64,000 nucleotides of DNA from an uncultured delta proteobacterium. Its GTDB lineage: Bacteria > Myxococcota_A > Polyangia > Polyangiales > JAFGIB01. A model generated the notes under the pieces. It was not told the origin of the DNA, ran no database searches, and saw nothing but the letters and a program-made list of their open reading frames with translations. The DNA is taken from positions 512,001-576,000 of the forward strand of contig CAVZVA010000005.1 of NCBI GenBank assembly GCA_963778655.1, in the 5' to 3' direction. Position numbers and translations under genes: made by a program. Shown piece by piece: positions 1 to 11,192 of this stretch. The number at the start of each line of letters is the position of its first letter. Positions within the stretch are counted from its first letter, which is position 1.

Positions 1-1
1 T

Positions 2-397
2 GTGGTCTTGCCGCGTCCATCCGTGCCGGAGGCGACTCCGGTGCCGGCCGGCGTCAGGGACGCGCCGCCGGCCGAACCGGCACAAACGGCCCGCGCGCAG
101 CCTGCTGCGCCCGCGCCGGAGCAAGGGTTGCCCGTGGCCCGCGCGCTGCCTTTCGTCGACCAGAGCCGCGGCGTCGAAGTCGCCGAAGATCAGGGGTTGC
201 TGGTGGTCGAGGACGACCGCCCGGGCGGGGTGCCTCCCAAGGTGCGAGTTGACGGCCGCGAGCTGGGCCCGGCCACGGTGGCCACCGCGCTGGCGGGCGG
301 CCGGCACGAAATCGTGCTCAAGAGCGGCGACCAGACCAGCTTTCGCTATGTCGTGATCCGCCCCGGGGAGACGCGCATCGTCGAGATCCGCGAGTGA
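2..397 (+). CDS. C-terminal fragment of a Pro/Ala-rich, PEGA-like domain protein (starts before the window)
   Basis: Open at the window edge; Pro/Ala linker then VRVDGRELGPAT...GRHEIVLK, resembling the PEGA tails of myxobacterial kinases. Confidence 0.55.
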   Translation: MVLPRPSVPEATPVPAGVRDAPPAEPAQTARAQPAAPAPEQGLPVARALPFVDQSRGVEVAEDQGLLVVEDDRPGGVPPKVRVDGRELGPATVATALAGGRHEIVLKSGDQTSFRYVVIRPGETRIVEIRE

Positions 398-452
398 GCG
401 CGCGCCTGGGCATTTTTTGCGACGGCGTGCGGCTTCCCGTACGCTTCTAACG

Positions 453-1235
453 ATGCTGGTCTCGCCCAAGCTCCGGGTCGTCGGCACGCTGGCCGTCGCG
501 TGGCTGCTCACCGTCGCGTCCGGGCGCGCGCAGGATCTGAGCCTGACCGGTGGCGCCCGCGACGACAGCGCTCCAGCCAAGACCCCAACCCCACCTGACG
601 AGCACAAGCGTGGCGTGTATTGCGGGGTCAAGCCGGGCGGCGCCGCACCCCGTGGCACCGACGCCAAGCCGGGACAGCGTCCGCCCGAGATCACCTGGCC
701 CGGATTTCAGATGCAGCCGGACGGCGGCTCGCGCGTATTCATCCAGGCCACCTCGCCGCTCGACACGCAGGCAGCGGCGAGCGATGGCAAGATCGTCGTC
801 GACCTGGGCGATGCACGTGTCACCGGTGCCAACCGCTATCCGCTGTTCACCCGCTACTTCAACACGCCCGTGCTGCGCATCGAGATCAAGCGCGCGCACA
901 AGCGCACCACGCTCGAGCTCACCATGCGGGCCCAGGTGCAGCCGCGCATCTCCACCGAGCAGGCCCCGAGCGGCTTCTTCTTCCTGTACCTCGACTTCCC
1001 GCCGGGCAACTACCTGGGCCCGAGCCCCGCGAACGTCGGCGCGGCTCCACCCGCTCCCGACACCCTGGATTCACCGCCTGCACCGTCCCCTCCGGCTCCC
1101 TCCGCCAGCGCGGGCGCGAGCGCTCACGCCAGCGCGGCAATGAGCGCCTCGACCGACAGCGAGGTTCCGCCGGGCATGGCCAAACCCAATGCCACGGGCA
1201 AGGCCAAAGGCTCCTTCAGATTCGGCAGCCACTGA
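453..1235 (+). CDS. Secreted AMIN-like domain protein
   Basis: Signal peptide; GSRVFIQ...IVVDLGDARV...LRIEI...LELTM beta pattern typical of AMIN; Pro-rich tail. Confidence 0.6.
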   Translation: MLVSPKLRVVGTLAVAWLLTVASGRAQDLSLTGGARDDSAPAKTPTPPDEHKRGVYCGVKPGGAAPRGTDAKPGQRPPEITWPGFQMQPDGGSRVFIQATSPLDTQAAASDGKIVVDLGDARVTGANRYPLFTRYFNTPVLRIEIKRAHKRTTLELTMRAQVQPRISTEQAPSGFFFLYLDFPPGNYLGPSPANVGAAPPAPDTLDSPPAPSPPAPSASAGASAHASAAMSASTDSEVPPGMAKPNATGKAKGSFRFGSH

Positions 1236-1264
1236 GCAAGAGCAAGTGGCCGCGTTCCCGACGG

Positions 1265-1392
1265 ACAGAAGACGGGAAGACGAGAAGGACTGCCTTCGGG
1301 ACGTGAAGGACCCGCAGATCGAGCGAGGCTGCATGCGCTCGCCGAGCTTCGAACGCTCAACAGAGACTTCCGGACTTCCCGTCTTCCTGTGA
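1265..1392. repeat. REP-like inverted repeat, octamer family (copy A)
   Basis: ACAGAAGACGGGAAGACGAGAAG (1265-1287) and inverted CTTCCGGACTTCCCGTCTTCCTGTGA (1367-1392), between convergent genes. Confidence 0.75.
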
Positions 1393-1418
1393 TCCGAAGC
1401 AGGACGGGGCGTGAGTCT

Positions 1419-2642
<1,224 letters not shown>

Positions 2643-2655
2643 GGCTCACCTCCGC

Positions 2656-3492
2656 TCAGGAACGCCAGCGGGCGCCGCCCGACAGCTGGTCGGCGTACGC
2701 GACCAGGTCCTGTTCCTTCTTCAGCAGCGTGCCCAGGAAGGGCAGGTTGCCGTCGAGCTTGACGTTGGTGATGCCCATGTTGCGCAGCATGGCGATCCAG
2801 TCCACCAGCTCGCTGGTGCTGGGCCGCTTGCGCAGGCGTTGCATGTTGCGGATGGCGTAGAACGCGTCCATCGCCTGCTTGACCAGCGCCTCGTTCAGGC
2901 TGGGGTGGTGCACGTCGACGATGCGTCCCATCAGGTCGCGATCCGGGAAGTCGATGAAGTGGAACACGCAGCGCCGCAGGAAGGCGTCGGGCAGCTCCTT
3001 CTCGGCGTTGCTGGTGATGATCACCACCGGCCGGTGCTTGGCCACGATATCGTCGCTCGTCTCCATGATGCGGAAGCGCATGCGGTCGAGCTCGTGCAGC
3101 AGGTCGTTGGGGAACTCGAGGTCGGCCTTGTCGACCTCGTCGATCAACAGCACCACGCGCTGCTCGGATTTGAAGGCGTTGCCCAGCGGTCCGAGGCGGA
3201 TGTAATGGCGGATGTCCCGCACGTTGCCATCGCCGAAACGGCTGTCGTACAGGCGCTGCACCGTGTCGTAGTGGTACAGGCCCTCCTGGGCGCGGGTGGT
3301 GCTCTTGACGTGCCACGTGACCAGCGGCATCTGCAGGGCCTCGGCCACGGCTTCGGCGAGCAACGTCTTGCCGGTGCCGGGCTCACCGCGAACCAGCAGG
3401 GGCTTCTCCAGCACGAGCGCGCAGTTGACCGCCGCTTCCAGCGCCTCGTTGGTCAGGTAGCTCTTGGTTCCGCGGAAGCGGGTGTCCGTCAT
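2656..3492 (-). CDS. MoxR/CoxD-family AAA+ ATPase
   Basis: Walker A GEPGTGKT, Walker B LLIDEVDKAD, ELPDAFLRRC. Confidence 0.92.
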   Translation of the reverse strand: MTDTRFRGTKSYLTNEALEAAVNCALVLEKPLLVRGEPGTGKTLLAEAVAEALQMPLVTWHVKSTTRAQEGLYHYDTVQRLYDSRFGDGNVRDIRHYIRLGPLGNAFKSEQRVVLLIDEVDKADLEFPNDLLHELDRMRFRIMETSDDIVAKHRPVVIITSNAEKELPDAFLRRCVFHFIDFPDRDLMGRIVDVHHPSLNEALVKQAMDAFYAIRNMQRLRKRPSTSELVDWIAMLRNMGITNVKLDGNLPFLGTLLKKEQDLVAYADQLSGGARWRS

Positions 3493-3685
3493 GACTGAAA
3501 GAGGTCCTTCCCGCCGAAAGACGGCTGTCGGCGCGAAGGGTCGCCGCTCCGTGCTGCGCTCGGCAATAGTGACGACATCTACACTGTCGGACGGTCCCGC
3601 GCTAGCCCATGGTTTGAACTTCCTGCAAATCGAGCGTCCCTTGTCTGTGGCGGCATGTTCGCGGTCGAGTCCGGCAGGCTCACGC

Positions 3686-4696
3686 TTGAGCGGCAAGGGC
3701 AGTGGGCGGCGGCTTTCCACGTGCGCCGTGCTGGGGCTGATGCTCCTTGGGTGCGCGGGTGGTCGCGGCTGCCTGGGTCGGGACGGAGCCGCCGCGGCAG
3801 GCGGGGACACGCCCTACGTGCGCTGTCTGACCGGGTCGCCGCCGCCGGAGGGTACCCGCCACCTGGGGCGGCTCACGCTTCAGATCGCCGGTCGCAGCCT
3901 GCGTATCCAGGGGCTGACGCGGCCGCTCACGCTGGCCGCGTTTTCCGGGCCGGGCGCCGGCGACCCGCCGGGACCGACCGAGCTCGCGGCCCTGCGCGCC
4001 GCGGCACCCGACCTGCTGCTGCTGCTGGGGGACATCGGCGACACCCCACCGCAAGCGCGGGCCACGCTGGCGGTGCTGGCCGCGCTCCCGCAGCCGACCC
4101 TGCTGGTCGCTGGTGGCCGCGACACGCCGGCCCGGATCACCTCTGCGCTCGAGGCGCTCGGCAAGGCCAGCGACAGAATCATCGACGCTACAACCCTTCG
4201 GGAGATCAGAATCGGCTCCGATACATTGGTCCCGGTGGCTGGCGCTGAGGATGGTCGCTATGCGCTCGACGCCCATGCTTGCGGCTACGACCTCGGCGAC
4301 CTCAAGCGCCTCAGCTCGGAGCTCACCGACAAGGGCTCGCGGCGCTGGTTGATCGCCTGGCAGGCCCCGGGGCTTGGCGGGCCTCATGACGTGGCCCGGA
4401 CCCAGCACGGCGTCGATACCGGCAGCCGCAGCCTGGCCCAGCTCGCCACGCGGATCGGCGCTCCGGGCGGTATCTTCGCCTGGCCGCACGTCGCCCTGCT
4501 GCGCCCGAGCATGGGTGCCGGCGCGCGATTGGCCACCGCGGGGGTCGCAGCACCTGACCTGCGGATCGTGGTGCCGCGCCTGTCGGGGCCGGCGCTGGAG
4601 CGCAGTGACGGCTCCCGGGTGCTGCCAGGATTCGCACTGCTGCGCCTGGACGCGGCTGGCCTGCGGCTCCAGCAGGACGCGACCGCATCACGCTGA
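3686..4696 (+). CDS. Putative lipoprotein with a degenerate calcineurin-like metallophosphoesterase fold
   Basis: Lipobox-like LLGC; DLLLLLGDIG and VAGGRD occupy the motif II/III positions; start uncertain (TTG 3686 or ATG 3740). Confidence 0.55.
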   Translation: MSGKGSGRRLSTCAVLGLMLLGCAGGRGCLGRDGAAAAGGDTPYVRCLTGSPPPEGTRHLGRLTLQIAGRSLRIQGLTRPLTLAAFSGPGAGDPPGPTELAALRAAAPDLLLLLGDIGDTPPQARATLAVLAALPQPTLLVAGGRDTPARITSALEALGKASDRIIDATTLREIRIGSDTLVPVAGAEDGRYALDAHACGYDLGDLKRLSSELTDKGSRRWLIAWQAPGLGGPHDVARTQHGVDTGSRSLAQLATRIGAPGGIFAWPHVALLRPSMGAGARLATAGVAAPDLRIVVPRLSGPALERSDGSRVLPGFALLRLDAAGLRLQQDATASR

Positions 4697-4781
4697 AATC
4701 TCAGCTCCGATCGAGGGTTAGCGGGCGAATCGCGAGACCGTCTGAGGTGCCGGCGGGCGCCGCGAAGGGGTGGCCGTCGAG

Positions 4782-4810
4782 TTGACTTCAGGACCCACGC
4801 GTACGATAGT
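4782..4810 (+). promoter_or_regulatory. Sigma70-like promoter of the yceD-rpmF-fab operon
   Basis: TTGACT-N17-GATAGT, 43 bp before the yceD ATG. Confidence 0.45.
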
Positions 4811-4853
4811 GCCGCCCCCTCGCATCTGGCCGCAACCGCGGCCCCGGCGTCCC

Positions 4854-5411
4854 ATGTCCGAGCTCGTGCTGCCGCTCCAAGACCTCGACGAACGGGGCAA
4901 GGACTACGCGTTTCCCCTGACCGCGGAGTGGCTCGACACGGCCTTGGCAGGCACTCCGCTGCGGCGGGATCCGGCCTCTGAAAAGGGGCACCTCAACGTG
5001 CACGCACAGAAGAACGGACACGAAGTGCTGGTTCACGGCCAGGTCGAGGCCGACCTGCTCGCCGAGTGCGCGCGCTGCCTGGGCGATGCACCCCTGCACG
5101 TGCACGCGGAGATCGCTGTCCTGCTCAGCCCCGCCGGCGCGGACGCCCAGCCGCAGGAGATCGAGCTCGAGCGCGAAGACCTGGACCGGGCGAGCTTTGC
5201 CGGCAACGAGGTGGTGCTCGACGAGCTGGTCCGCGAGCACCTGCTGCTCGAGCTACCGATGCAGCCGCTGTGCTCGCCCGACTGCAAGGGCATCGGCGTG
5301 CCCGAGCACCTGAAGCCCAAGCCCGAGGATTTCGGCGAGCCCGGCGGGGTCGACCCGCGGCTGTTGCCGCTGCAGAAGCTCAGAGCAAAGCTCTCTGGAA
5401 AGAAGGAGTGA
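4854..5411 (+). CDS. yceD: DUF177/YceD family protein
   Basis: CARCL and LPMQPLCSPDCKG, DPRL; directly upstream of rpmF. Confidence 0.9.
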   Translation: MSELVLPLQDLDERGKDYAFPLTAEWLDTALAGTPLRRDPASEKGHLNVHAQKNGHEVLVHGQVEADLLAECARCLGDAPLHVHAEIAVLLSPAGADAQPQEIELEREDLDRASFAGNEVVLDELVREHLLLELPMQPLCSPDCKGIGVPEHLKPKPEDFGEPGGVDPRLLPLQKLRAKLSGKKE

Positions 5412-5414
5412 CCC

Positions 5415-5621
5415 GTGGCGGTTCCCAAGCGCAAGACTACCCGCTCGCGGCGCGACATGCGCCGCGCGCATCACGACAAAGTGGTGGCACCCAACGTGAT
5501 CCCGTGCCCCAACTGCGGTGACATGATGCTGCCCCACCGCGTCTGCCCCGAGTGCGGCCACTACAAGGGGCGCAAGATCGTGGAACGCGGGGAGGGTCAG
5601 GCCAAGTCGGGGGCCTCCTGA
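5415..5621 (+). CDS. rpmF: 50S ribosomal protein L32 (zinc-ribbon form)
   Basis: MAVPKRKTTRSRRDMRRAH, CPNC...HRVCPECGHYKG. Confidence 0.97.
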   Translation: MAVPKRKTTRSRRDMRRAHHDKVVAPNVIPCPNCGDMMLPHRVCPECGHYKGRKIVERGEGQAKSGAS

Positions 5622-5711
5622 CCGGGCACCTGCAACGGGCCGTTGCGGCCGCGAGCGTCCGGCCCGATACTCCTCGCATCGAGGCTCCGTCGAGAGCCGG
5701 GTGAGGCCGGT

Positions 5712-6713
5712 GTGGTAGGCACGTTGTTTCCGCGTTCGCAGATCCTCGGTACGGGCCACTACCTGCCCGCCAAGGTCGTCACCAACTTCGACCTCGAACG
5801 GGTCGTCGACACCTCGGACGCATGGATCCGCGAGCGCACGGGGATTCACCAGCGCCACGTGGCGGCCCCGGACGAGGCCTCGAGCGACATGGCCACCCAG
5901 GCCGCCCGGCACGCGCTCGAGGCCGCGGGGCTCAAGCCGACCGATATCGACATGATCATCGTCGGCACCATCAGCCCGGACCTGCAGCTGCCGGCCACGG
6001 CGATGTTCGTGCAGCGCAACCTGGGCACGCGCCCGGACTGCCCGGGCTTCGACCTGGCGGCTGCCTGCGCGGGTTTCATCTACGGGCTGAGCATGGCCGA
6101 CGCGCTGGTGCGCACGGGCTCGGCGCGCAACGTGCTGGTGATCGGCGTCGAGCTGCTCAGTCGCCTGGTGGACTGGACCGACCGTAACACCTGCGTGCTG
6201 TTCGGCGACGGCGCCGGCGCGGTGGTGGTGGGGCCGTGCGAGGATCCCGAGCGCGGGATCCTCTCGACCCACTTGTTCGCCGACGGAACGCAGATCGAAT
6301 CGCTCTACATCCCGGCCGGCGGCACGCGCACGCCGATCTCGGCCGAGTTGATCGCGCAGCGCAAGCACCTGGTGCACATGGCGGGCAAGGAAGTCTTCCG
6401 CTACGCGGTCAAGGCGCTGTCGGCCTCGAGCGCGCTGGCGATCCGCGCCAACGGCCTGACGCCGGCGGAGATCGACTGGCTGATCCCACACCAGGCCAAC
6501 CGGCGCATCATCGACGCCGTGCTGCACCGCTCCGGCATCGCCAAAGAGCGCTGCTTCATCAACATCGACAAGACGGCCAACACTTCCAGCGCTTCGGTGC
6601 CGATTGCGCTCGACCAGGCGGTTCGGTTGGGCAAGGTCCAGCGCGGGCAGAACGTGGTGTTCTGCGCGCTGGGCGGGGGCTTCGCCTGGGGCAGCGCGCT
6701 GGTGCGCTGGTAG
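5712..6713 (+). CDS. fabH: 3-oxoacyl-ACP synthase III
   Basis: AACAGF, LFGDGAGA, PHQANRRI, NTSSAS, GGGFAWG. Confidence 0.95.
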   Translation: MVGTLFPRSQILGTGHYLPAKVVTNFDLERVVDTSDAWIRERTGIHQRHVAAPDEASSDMATQAARHALEAAGLKPTDIDMIIVGTISPDLQLPATAMFVQRNLGTRPDCPGFDLAAACAGFIYGLSMADALVRTGSARNVLVIGVELLSRLVDWTDRNTCVLFGDGAGAVVVGPCEDPERGILSTHLFADGTQIESLYIPAGGTRTPISAELIAQRKHLVHMAGKEVFRYAVKALSASSALAIRANGLTPAEIDWLIPHQANRRIIDAVLHRSGIAKERCFINIDKTANTSSASVPIALDQAVRLGKVQRGQNVVFCALGGGFAWGSALVRW

Positions 6714-6732
6714 CGGATAGGAAGGAACGAGC

Positions 6733-7479
6733 ATGTTTCGCTTGGACGGGAAGGTTGCGATCGTGACCGGCGGCTACCGGGGCATCGGGCGCGCCCTGGG
6801 GGTTGCGCTGGGCGGCGCGGGCGCGCACGTGGTCGCGGCCGACGTGCTGGACGAGGCGGTGGGGCGCGAGGCGCTCGCAGAGATCGAGCAGGCCGGGGGC
6901 AAGGGCGAGCTGGTGCGCTGCGACGTGACCAGCAGCGAGGCAGTCGATCAGGCGTTTGCGGCCGTTCACAAGCGGCTGGGGCGCATCGACGTGCTGATCA
7001 ACAACGCCGGCATCGCCCGGGACCAGCTGCTGCTGCGCGTGTCGGATGAGGACATACAGCGGACGTTCGCGGTGAACGTCACCGGCGCGATCCACTGCGC
7101 GCGGGCCGCGATCCGTCCAATGATGCGGGCGCGACAGGGACGTATCATCAACCTCGCCAGTGTGGTGGCCGAGCTGGGGAACCCGGGACAGACCGTCTAC
7201 GGCGCGTCGAAAGCCGCACTAATCGGCTTGACGAAGACGCTGGCTCGGGAGTACGCCTCGCGCGGCGTTACCGTGAACGCCGTGGCCCCCGGTTTCATCG
7301 ATACGGACATGACCCGCAATCTGCCCGAAGAAGCCAAGCGGACCATGTTGGGGCAGATCCCTCTGGGCCGAGTCGGATCCCCGGCAGACGTGGCGGCGGC
7401 GGTGCTCTTCTTGAGCAGCGACGAGGCCGGCTACATCACCGGGCAGGTGCTGCGCGTCAACGGCGGCATGTACGTATAA
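6733..7479 (+). CDS. fabG: 3-oxoacyl-ACP reductase
   Basis: [28 protein letters not shown]; position in fab cluster. Confidence 0.93.
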   Translation: MFRLDGKVAIVTGGYRGIGRALGVALGGAGAHVVAADVLDEAVGREALAEIEQAGGKGELVRCDVTSSEAVDQAFAAVHKRLGRIDVLINNAGIARDQLLLRVSDEDIQRTFAVNVTGAIHCARAAIRPMMRARQGRIINLASVVAELGNPGQTVYGASKAALIGLTKTLAREYASRGVTVNAVAPGFIDTDMTRNLPEEAKRTMLGQIPLGRVGSPADVAAAVLFLSSDEAGYITGQVLRVNGGMYV

Positions 7480-7526
7480 CGGAACCCTGCAGACAGACCA
7501 CAAGCCAACACCCCCGGGAGGGTTGG

Positions 7527-7760
7527 ATGGATATCGCCGAGAAGGTCAAGGAAATTGTCGCTCAACAGCTCGACGTGGATATCGCCGAGGTCAAGGAAGA
7601 GGCCCAGTTCATCGAGGATCTTGGGGCTGATTCGTTGGCAATCGTCGAGCTCGTCCTCGCGTTCGAGGAGCAGTTCGAAATCGACATCCCGGACGAGGAT
7701 ACCGAGAAGATCGCGACCGTCGGCGACGCGATCAAGTACATTCAGGAGCACGTCAAGTAG
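7527..7760 (+). CDS. acpP: Acyl carrier protein
   Basis: DLGADSL phosphopantetheine site; acidic 77 aa. Confidence 0.97.
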   Translation: MDIAEKVKEIVAQQLDVDIAEVKEEAQFIEDLGADSLAIVELVLAFEEQFEIDIPDEDTEKIATVGDAIKYIQEHVK

Positions 7761-7788
7761 GCCCGCGGCGTACCGGCGCTGCTGGGCC
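7760..7788 (+). promoter_or_regulatory. Intercistronic hairpin after acpP
   Basis: GGCCCGCGGCG / CGCTGCTGGGCC stem without a U-tract; function inferred. Confidence 0.35.
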
Positions 7789-7802
7789 CGGCGCGCCCGG
7801 AG

Positions 7803-9059
7803 GTGGTGTCGGACATGCGAAGGGTCGTGGTCACAGGTGTGGGCGCCATCAGTCCTTGTGGACTGGACGTGACGAGCACGTGGGGTGCCATTCAAGAGGG
7901 CAAGAGCGGGATCGCGCGGATCACGCGCTTCGACCCCAGCGCTTTCGCCACCCAGATCGCCGGTGAGTGCACCGGCTTCGATCCTGAGAAGTACTTCGAG
8001 CGCAAACGTGTCCGCGAAGGCGACACGTTCATTCACTTGGCGGTCGGCGCCAGCGTGCAGGCGGTGGAGGACGCCGGCTTCGCGCCGAGCGACGAGCTGA
8101 AGGAACGCACCGGCACGTTCATCGGCGTGGGCATGTGCGGGCTCGGCCTGATCGAGGAGCAGCACGACGTGCTGCGCGACAAGGGGCCGCGGCGCATGAC
8201 GCCGTACTTCATTCCGGGCGCGATCGCCAACCTGGCCCCGGGTCAGGTGTCGATCCGCTACGGCCTCAAGGGACCCAGCTACACCACCACCAGCGCGTGC
8301 GCGTCGGGCGCCCACGCCATCGGCGAGGCCATGCGCTGGATCCAGCGCGGCGACATCGACGCGGCCGTGGCTGGCGGGGCCGAAGCGGCGGTGACGCCGC
8401 TCGGCGTGGGTGGCTTCAATGCGATGCGAGCGCTCTCCAAGCGCAACGGCGAGCCGCAGAAGGCGAGTCGGCCGTTCGACCGCGATCGCGACGGCTTCGT
8501 CATGGCCGAGGGCGCGGGCATCCTGCTGATCGAGGAACGCGAGATGGCCCTGCGCCGCGGCGCCAAGATCTACTGCGAGCTGGTCGGCTACGGCGCGACC
8601 GCCGATGCCTTTCACCTGACCCAGCCGGCGCCCGAGGCAGAGGGCGCGCAGCGCGCGATGAAGCAGGCGCTCAAGGACGCCAAGCTCGAGCTGACGGCGG
8701 TCGACTACATCAACGCGCACGGCACCTCGACGTCGGCCGGCGACATCAACGAGCTGATCGCGATTCACCGTGTCTTCGGCGATCGCGCGCGCGGCGGCCT
8801 GATGATCTCGAGCACCAAGTCGATGACGGGCCACCTGCTGGGCGCGGCCGGCGGGCTCGAGACGGTGTTGTGCGCGCTCGCGCTGCGCGACGGTGTGGTT
8901 CCGCCCACCATCAACCTCGATAATCCGGACGAAGGGGCGGCCGGCTTCGACCTCGTGCCCCACGTCTCGCGGCGCAAGCCCTTGCGCGCCGTGCTCTCGA
9001 ACTCTTTCGGCTTCGGCGGTACCAATGTAACGCTCGCCCTGAGGCGGCATGACTCGTGA
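7803..9059 (+). CDS. fabF: 3-oxoacyl-ACP synthase II
   Basis: SACASG, NAHGTST, GHLLGAAG, SFGFGGTN. Confidence 0.96.
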   Translation: MVSDMRRVVVTGVGAISPCGLDVTSTWGAIQEGKSGIARITRFDPSAFATQIAGECTGFDPEKYFERKRVREGDTFIHLAVGASVQAVEDAGFAPSDELKERTGTFIGVGMCGLGLIEEQHDVLRDKGPRRMTPYFIPGAIANLAPGQVSIRYGLKGPSYTTTSACASGAHAIGEAMRWIQRGDIDAAVAGGAEAAVTPLGVGGFNAMRALSKRNGEPQKASRPFDRDRDGFVMAEGAGILLIEEREMALRRGAKIYCELVGYGATADAFHLTQPAPEAEGAQRAMKQALKDAKLELTAVDYINAHGTSTSAGDINELIAIHRVFGDRARGGLMISSTKSMTGHLLGAAGGLETVLCALALRDGVVPPTINLDNPDEGAAGFDLVPHVSRRKPLRAVLSNSFGFGGTNVTLALRRHDS

Positions 9060-9278
9060 ACCGCCGTCGAGATGCGGTCAATCCTCGCAAACGATGCGGG
9101 CTCGCCCGCTGCGTTGCCACTCCTTGAAATGCGAGGTGTATTCCTGCGCCGCGGCGCCTTGCGCTCGAGCCCACCTCGCTCGCGATCCCTTGAGCTCATC
9201 TCGGCGGCGGCGCACTAGCGCGCCGGGTGCTGGTGTCGCGGCGCCGCCGGGACCGAGACCCACGCGCGAGGCGCGGGC

Positions 9279-9725
9279 ATGAGCGCGGCTGGCAAGCTGG
9301 CGCTGGGAGCCGACCACGCAGGGTTCGCGCTCAAGGAGCAGCTCAAGCCGCTGCTCGAACAGGTCGGGCAGGCGTTCGAGGATCTGGGTACGCACGACGA
9401 GCGCTCCTGCGACTATCCGGATTTCGCGCACGCGGTCGCGGGCGGGGTGGCGCAGGGCCGCTACGCCCTGGGCCTGCTGGTGTGCGGGACGGGTATTGGC
9501 ATGAGCATCGCCGCCAATCGCCATCCGGGGGTGCGCGCGGCCCTGTGCAGTGAGCCGTTCTCGGCGCGCATGGCGCGCGCGCACAACGACGCCAACTTGT
9601 TGTGCCTCGGCGCCCGGGTGGTGGGCCTGGGGCTGGCGCAGGAGATCGTGCGGACGTTCCTGGCGGCCAACTTCGAGGGCGGGCGGCACGCCGCGCGTGT
9701 CGCCAAGCTCGAGCCGGCGCCGTGA
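9279..9725 (+). CDS. rpiB: Ribose-5-phosphate isomerase B
   Basis: GADHAG, DYPD, CGTGIGMSIAAN, HNDAN, GGRH. Confidence 0.95.
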   Translation: MSAAGKLALGADHAGFALKEQLKPLLEQVGQAFEDLGTHDERSCDYPDFAHAVAGGVAQGRYALGLLVCGTGIGMSIAANRHPGVRAALCSEPFSARMARAHNDANLLCLGARVVGLGLAQEIVRTFLAANFEGGRHAARVAKLEPAP

Positions 9726-9919
9726 AGCTGCCGCAGCAAGCCTCCTTTCGCCTGCAGCGCGAGCGCTTCGCGCTGCGTTACACCTGCGAGCACTGCGCGC
9801 TCTTCGATCCGCAGGTAGAACGCTGTGCCCACGGCTTCCCGACTGACGAGCACCGTCTCGCGTACTACGCGCGTCACGACGTGCCGGTGGTATTCTGTAA
9901 GGACTTCGAGCTGGCTTAG
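9722..9919 (+). CDS. Small 4-Cys putative metal-binding protein (65 aa)
   Basis: GTG start overlaps the rpiB stop (GTGA); CEHC...CAHGFP...FCKDFELA. Confidence 0.7.
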   Translation: MKLPQQASFRLQRERFALRYTCEHCALFDPQVERCAHGFPTDEHRLAYYARHDVPVVFCKDFELA

Positions 9920-10010
9920 GACCCGCAGCTCCCGCGAGTACGCCTCGCTCCGGGGCGCCGGGCGCGCTCGCTCCTGAAGCCTTCTGGGCGGGAGCTAGTG
10001 CACCGCCGTG

Positions 10011-11192
10011 CTACTTTCCGTCTGCCCGCCTTCCTGTTGCATCTGCTCCGAGCCGCCAGCGCGGATCGCGCGGGGCGAGCGGGAGCGGTTGCCAGGGCGG
10101 GGTCGGGGGATCGGCGGCCCAGCGCCGGCCGAAGATGGCCTGCAGCACGGGCTCGGCCTGCTTGCCATGCGGGGAGAAGCCCCAGATCGCTTCCTGCGAG
10201 ACATCGTCGAGGTTCGCGTAGTAGCGCCACAGGAAGAAGCCGTAGATCCACGGCCGGCTGGCGGCCGCCGAGGCTAGCGCCGACAGCGCGCGCGCCTGTT
10301 CGTGCTCGTCGACGGTGACGTTCGTCATGTCGTCGGGCCACAGCCACGGCTCGACCGCCGCGTCGGTTCGCGTGGTGTAGCCGATCTCCACCAGCACCAC
10401 CGGCTTCTGCAGGGTGCGGGCCAGCACGCCCAGCCGGTCGAGCGCCTGCGCGGCGCCCTGCGCGTAGGCCGCATCGCTGGCGCCGTGGGTCTGCGCCAGC
10501 GGGTAGAACGCGTTGATGCCGATGAAGTCGAGCTGGTCCCAGAACAGCACCCCTTCGGCCTCGTCCCAGTTGGCCGAGTAGGTGAGTTGCCCGTGGAACA
10601 CGCCACGCACGTCGGCGATCAGCTTCGACCAGTAGTCGCCAAAGCGTCCCGACCACGACTTGCACTCGACGCCGATCGAGAGCGCGTCTGCGCCGAACGC
10701 CTCGGCGTCGCGGGCCCAGGCCAGGATGAAGCGACGGTAGGATGCCTGGTACGCCGCCCAGCCGGCCGCGCTGCCTGGGTCGATCTCGCCGCGCCAGCCG
10801 CCGGTCTCCACCCACAGGTGCGGGATCAGCAGCACGCGCAGCCCGCGCGCCTTGGCCTGCGCGATCATGCGCGCCACGTTGCGACGGTTCTGCGCGTAGG
10901 GCAGCTCGAAGTCCATCGAGATCTGCGTGCTGCGCAGGCTCCACAGCCGCCCGAACGGCGTGATCGAAACCGCATTGGCGCCCAGGCGCACCAGCTCGTC
11001 GAGCAGCGCCGCGCTGTAGGGTGTGCCGTAGCCGCGGCCCGGCTGCTGTGAGGACTCGATCGGGCCCACGGTGATGCCGCGCAGCGCGGGCTCGTCACGG
11101 CCCGGCCCGGGCCAGGCGTAGGCCCGGGTCGCGGCGAGAGCCAGCAACAACATGGCGCCGGGCAAGGCGCGACGAATGCAGCGGGCGACCAT
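10011..11192 (-). CDS. Secreted glycoside hydrolase, GH113-like TIM barrel
   Basis: Signal peptide; LIPHLW, WRGEI, IGVE, LTYSANWD, IGINAFYPL, VEIGY. Confidence 0.8.
   Translation of the reverse strand: MVARCIRRALPGAMLLLALAATRAYAWPGPGRDEPALRGITVGPIESSQQPGRGYGTPYSAALLDELVRLGANAVSITPFGRLWSLRSTQISMDFELPYAQNRRNVARMIAQAKARGLRVLLIPHLWVETGGWRGEIDPGSAAGWAAYQASYRRFILAWARDAEAFGADALSIGVECKSWSGRFGDYWSKLIADVRGVFHGQLTYSANWDEAEGVLFWDQLDFIGINAFYPLAQTHGASDAAYAQGAAQALDRLGVLARTLQKPVVLVEIGYTTRTDAAVEPWLWPDDMTNVTVDEHEQARALSALASAAASRPWIYGFFLWRYYANLDDVSQEAIWGFSPHGKQAEPVLQAIFGRRWAADPPTPPWQPLPLAPRDPRWRLGADATGRRADGK
10014..10039. repeat. REP-like repeat, single arm (copy B)
   Basis: CTTTCCGTCTGCCCGCCTTCCTGTTG, within the last codons of the GH113 gene. 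Confidence 0.6.
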
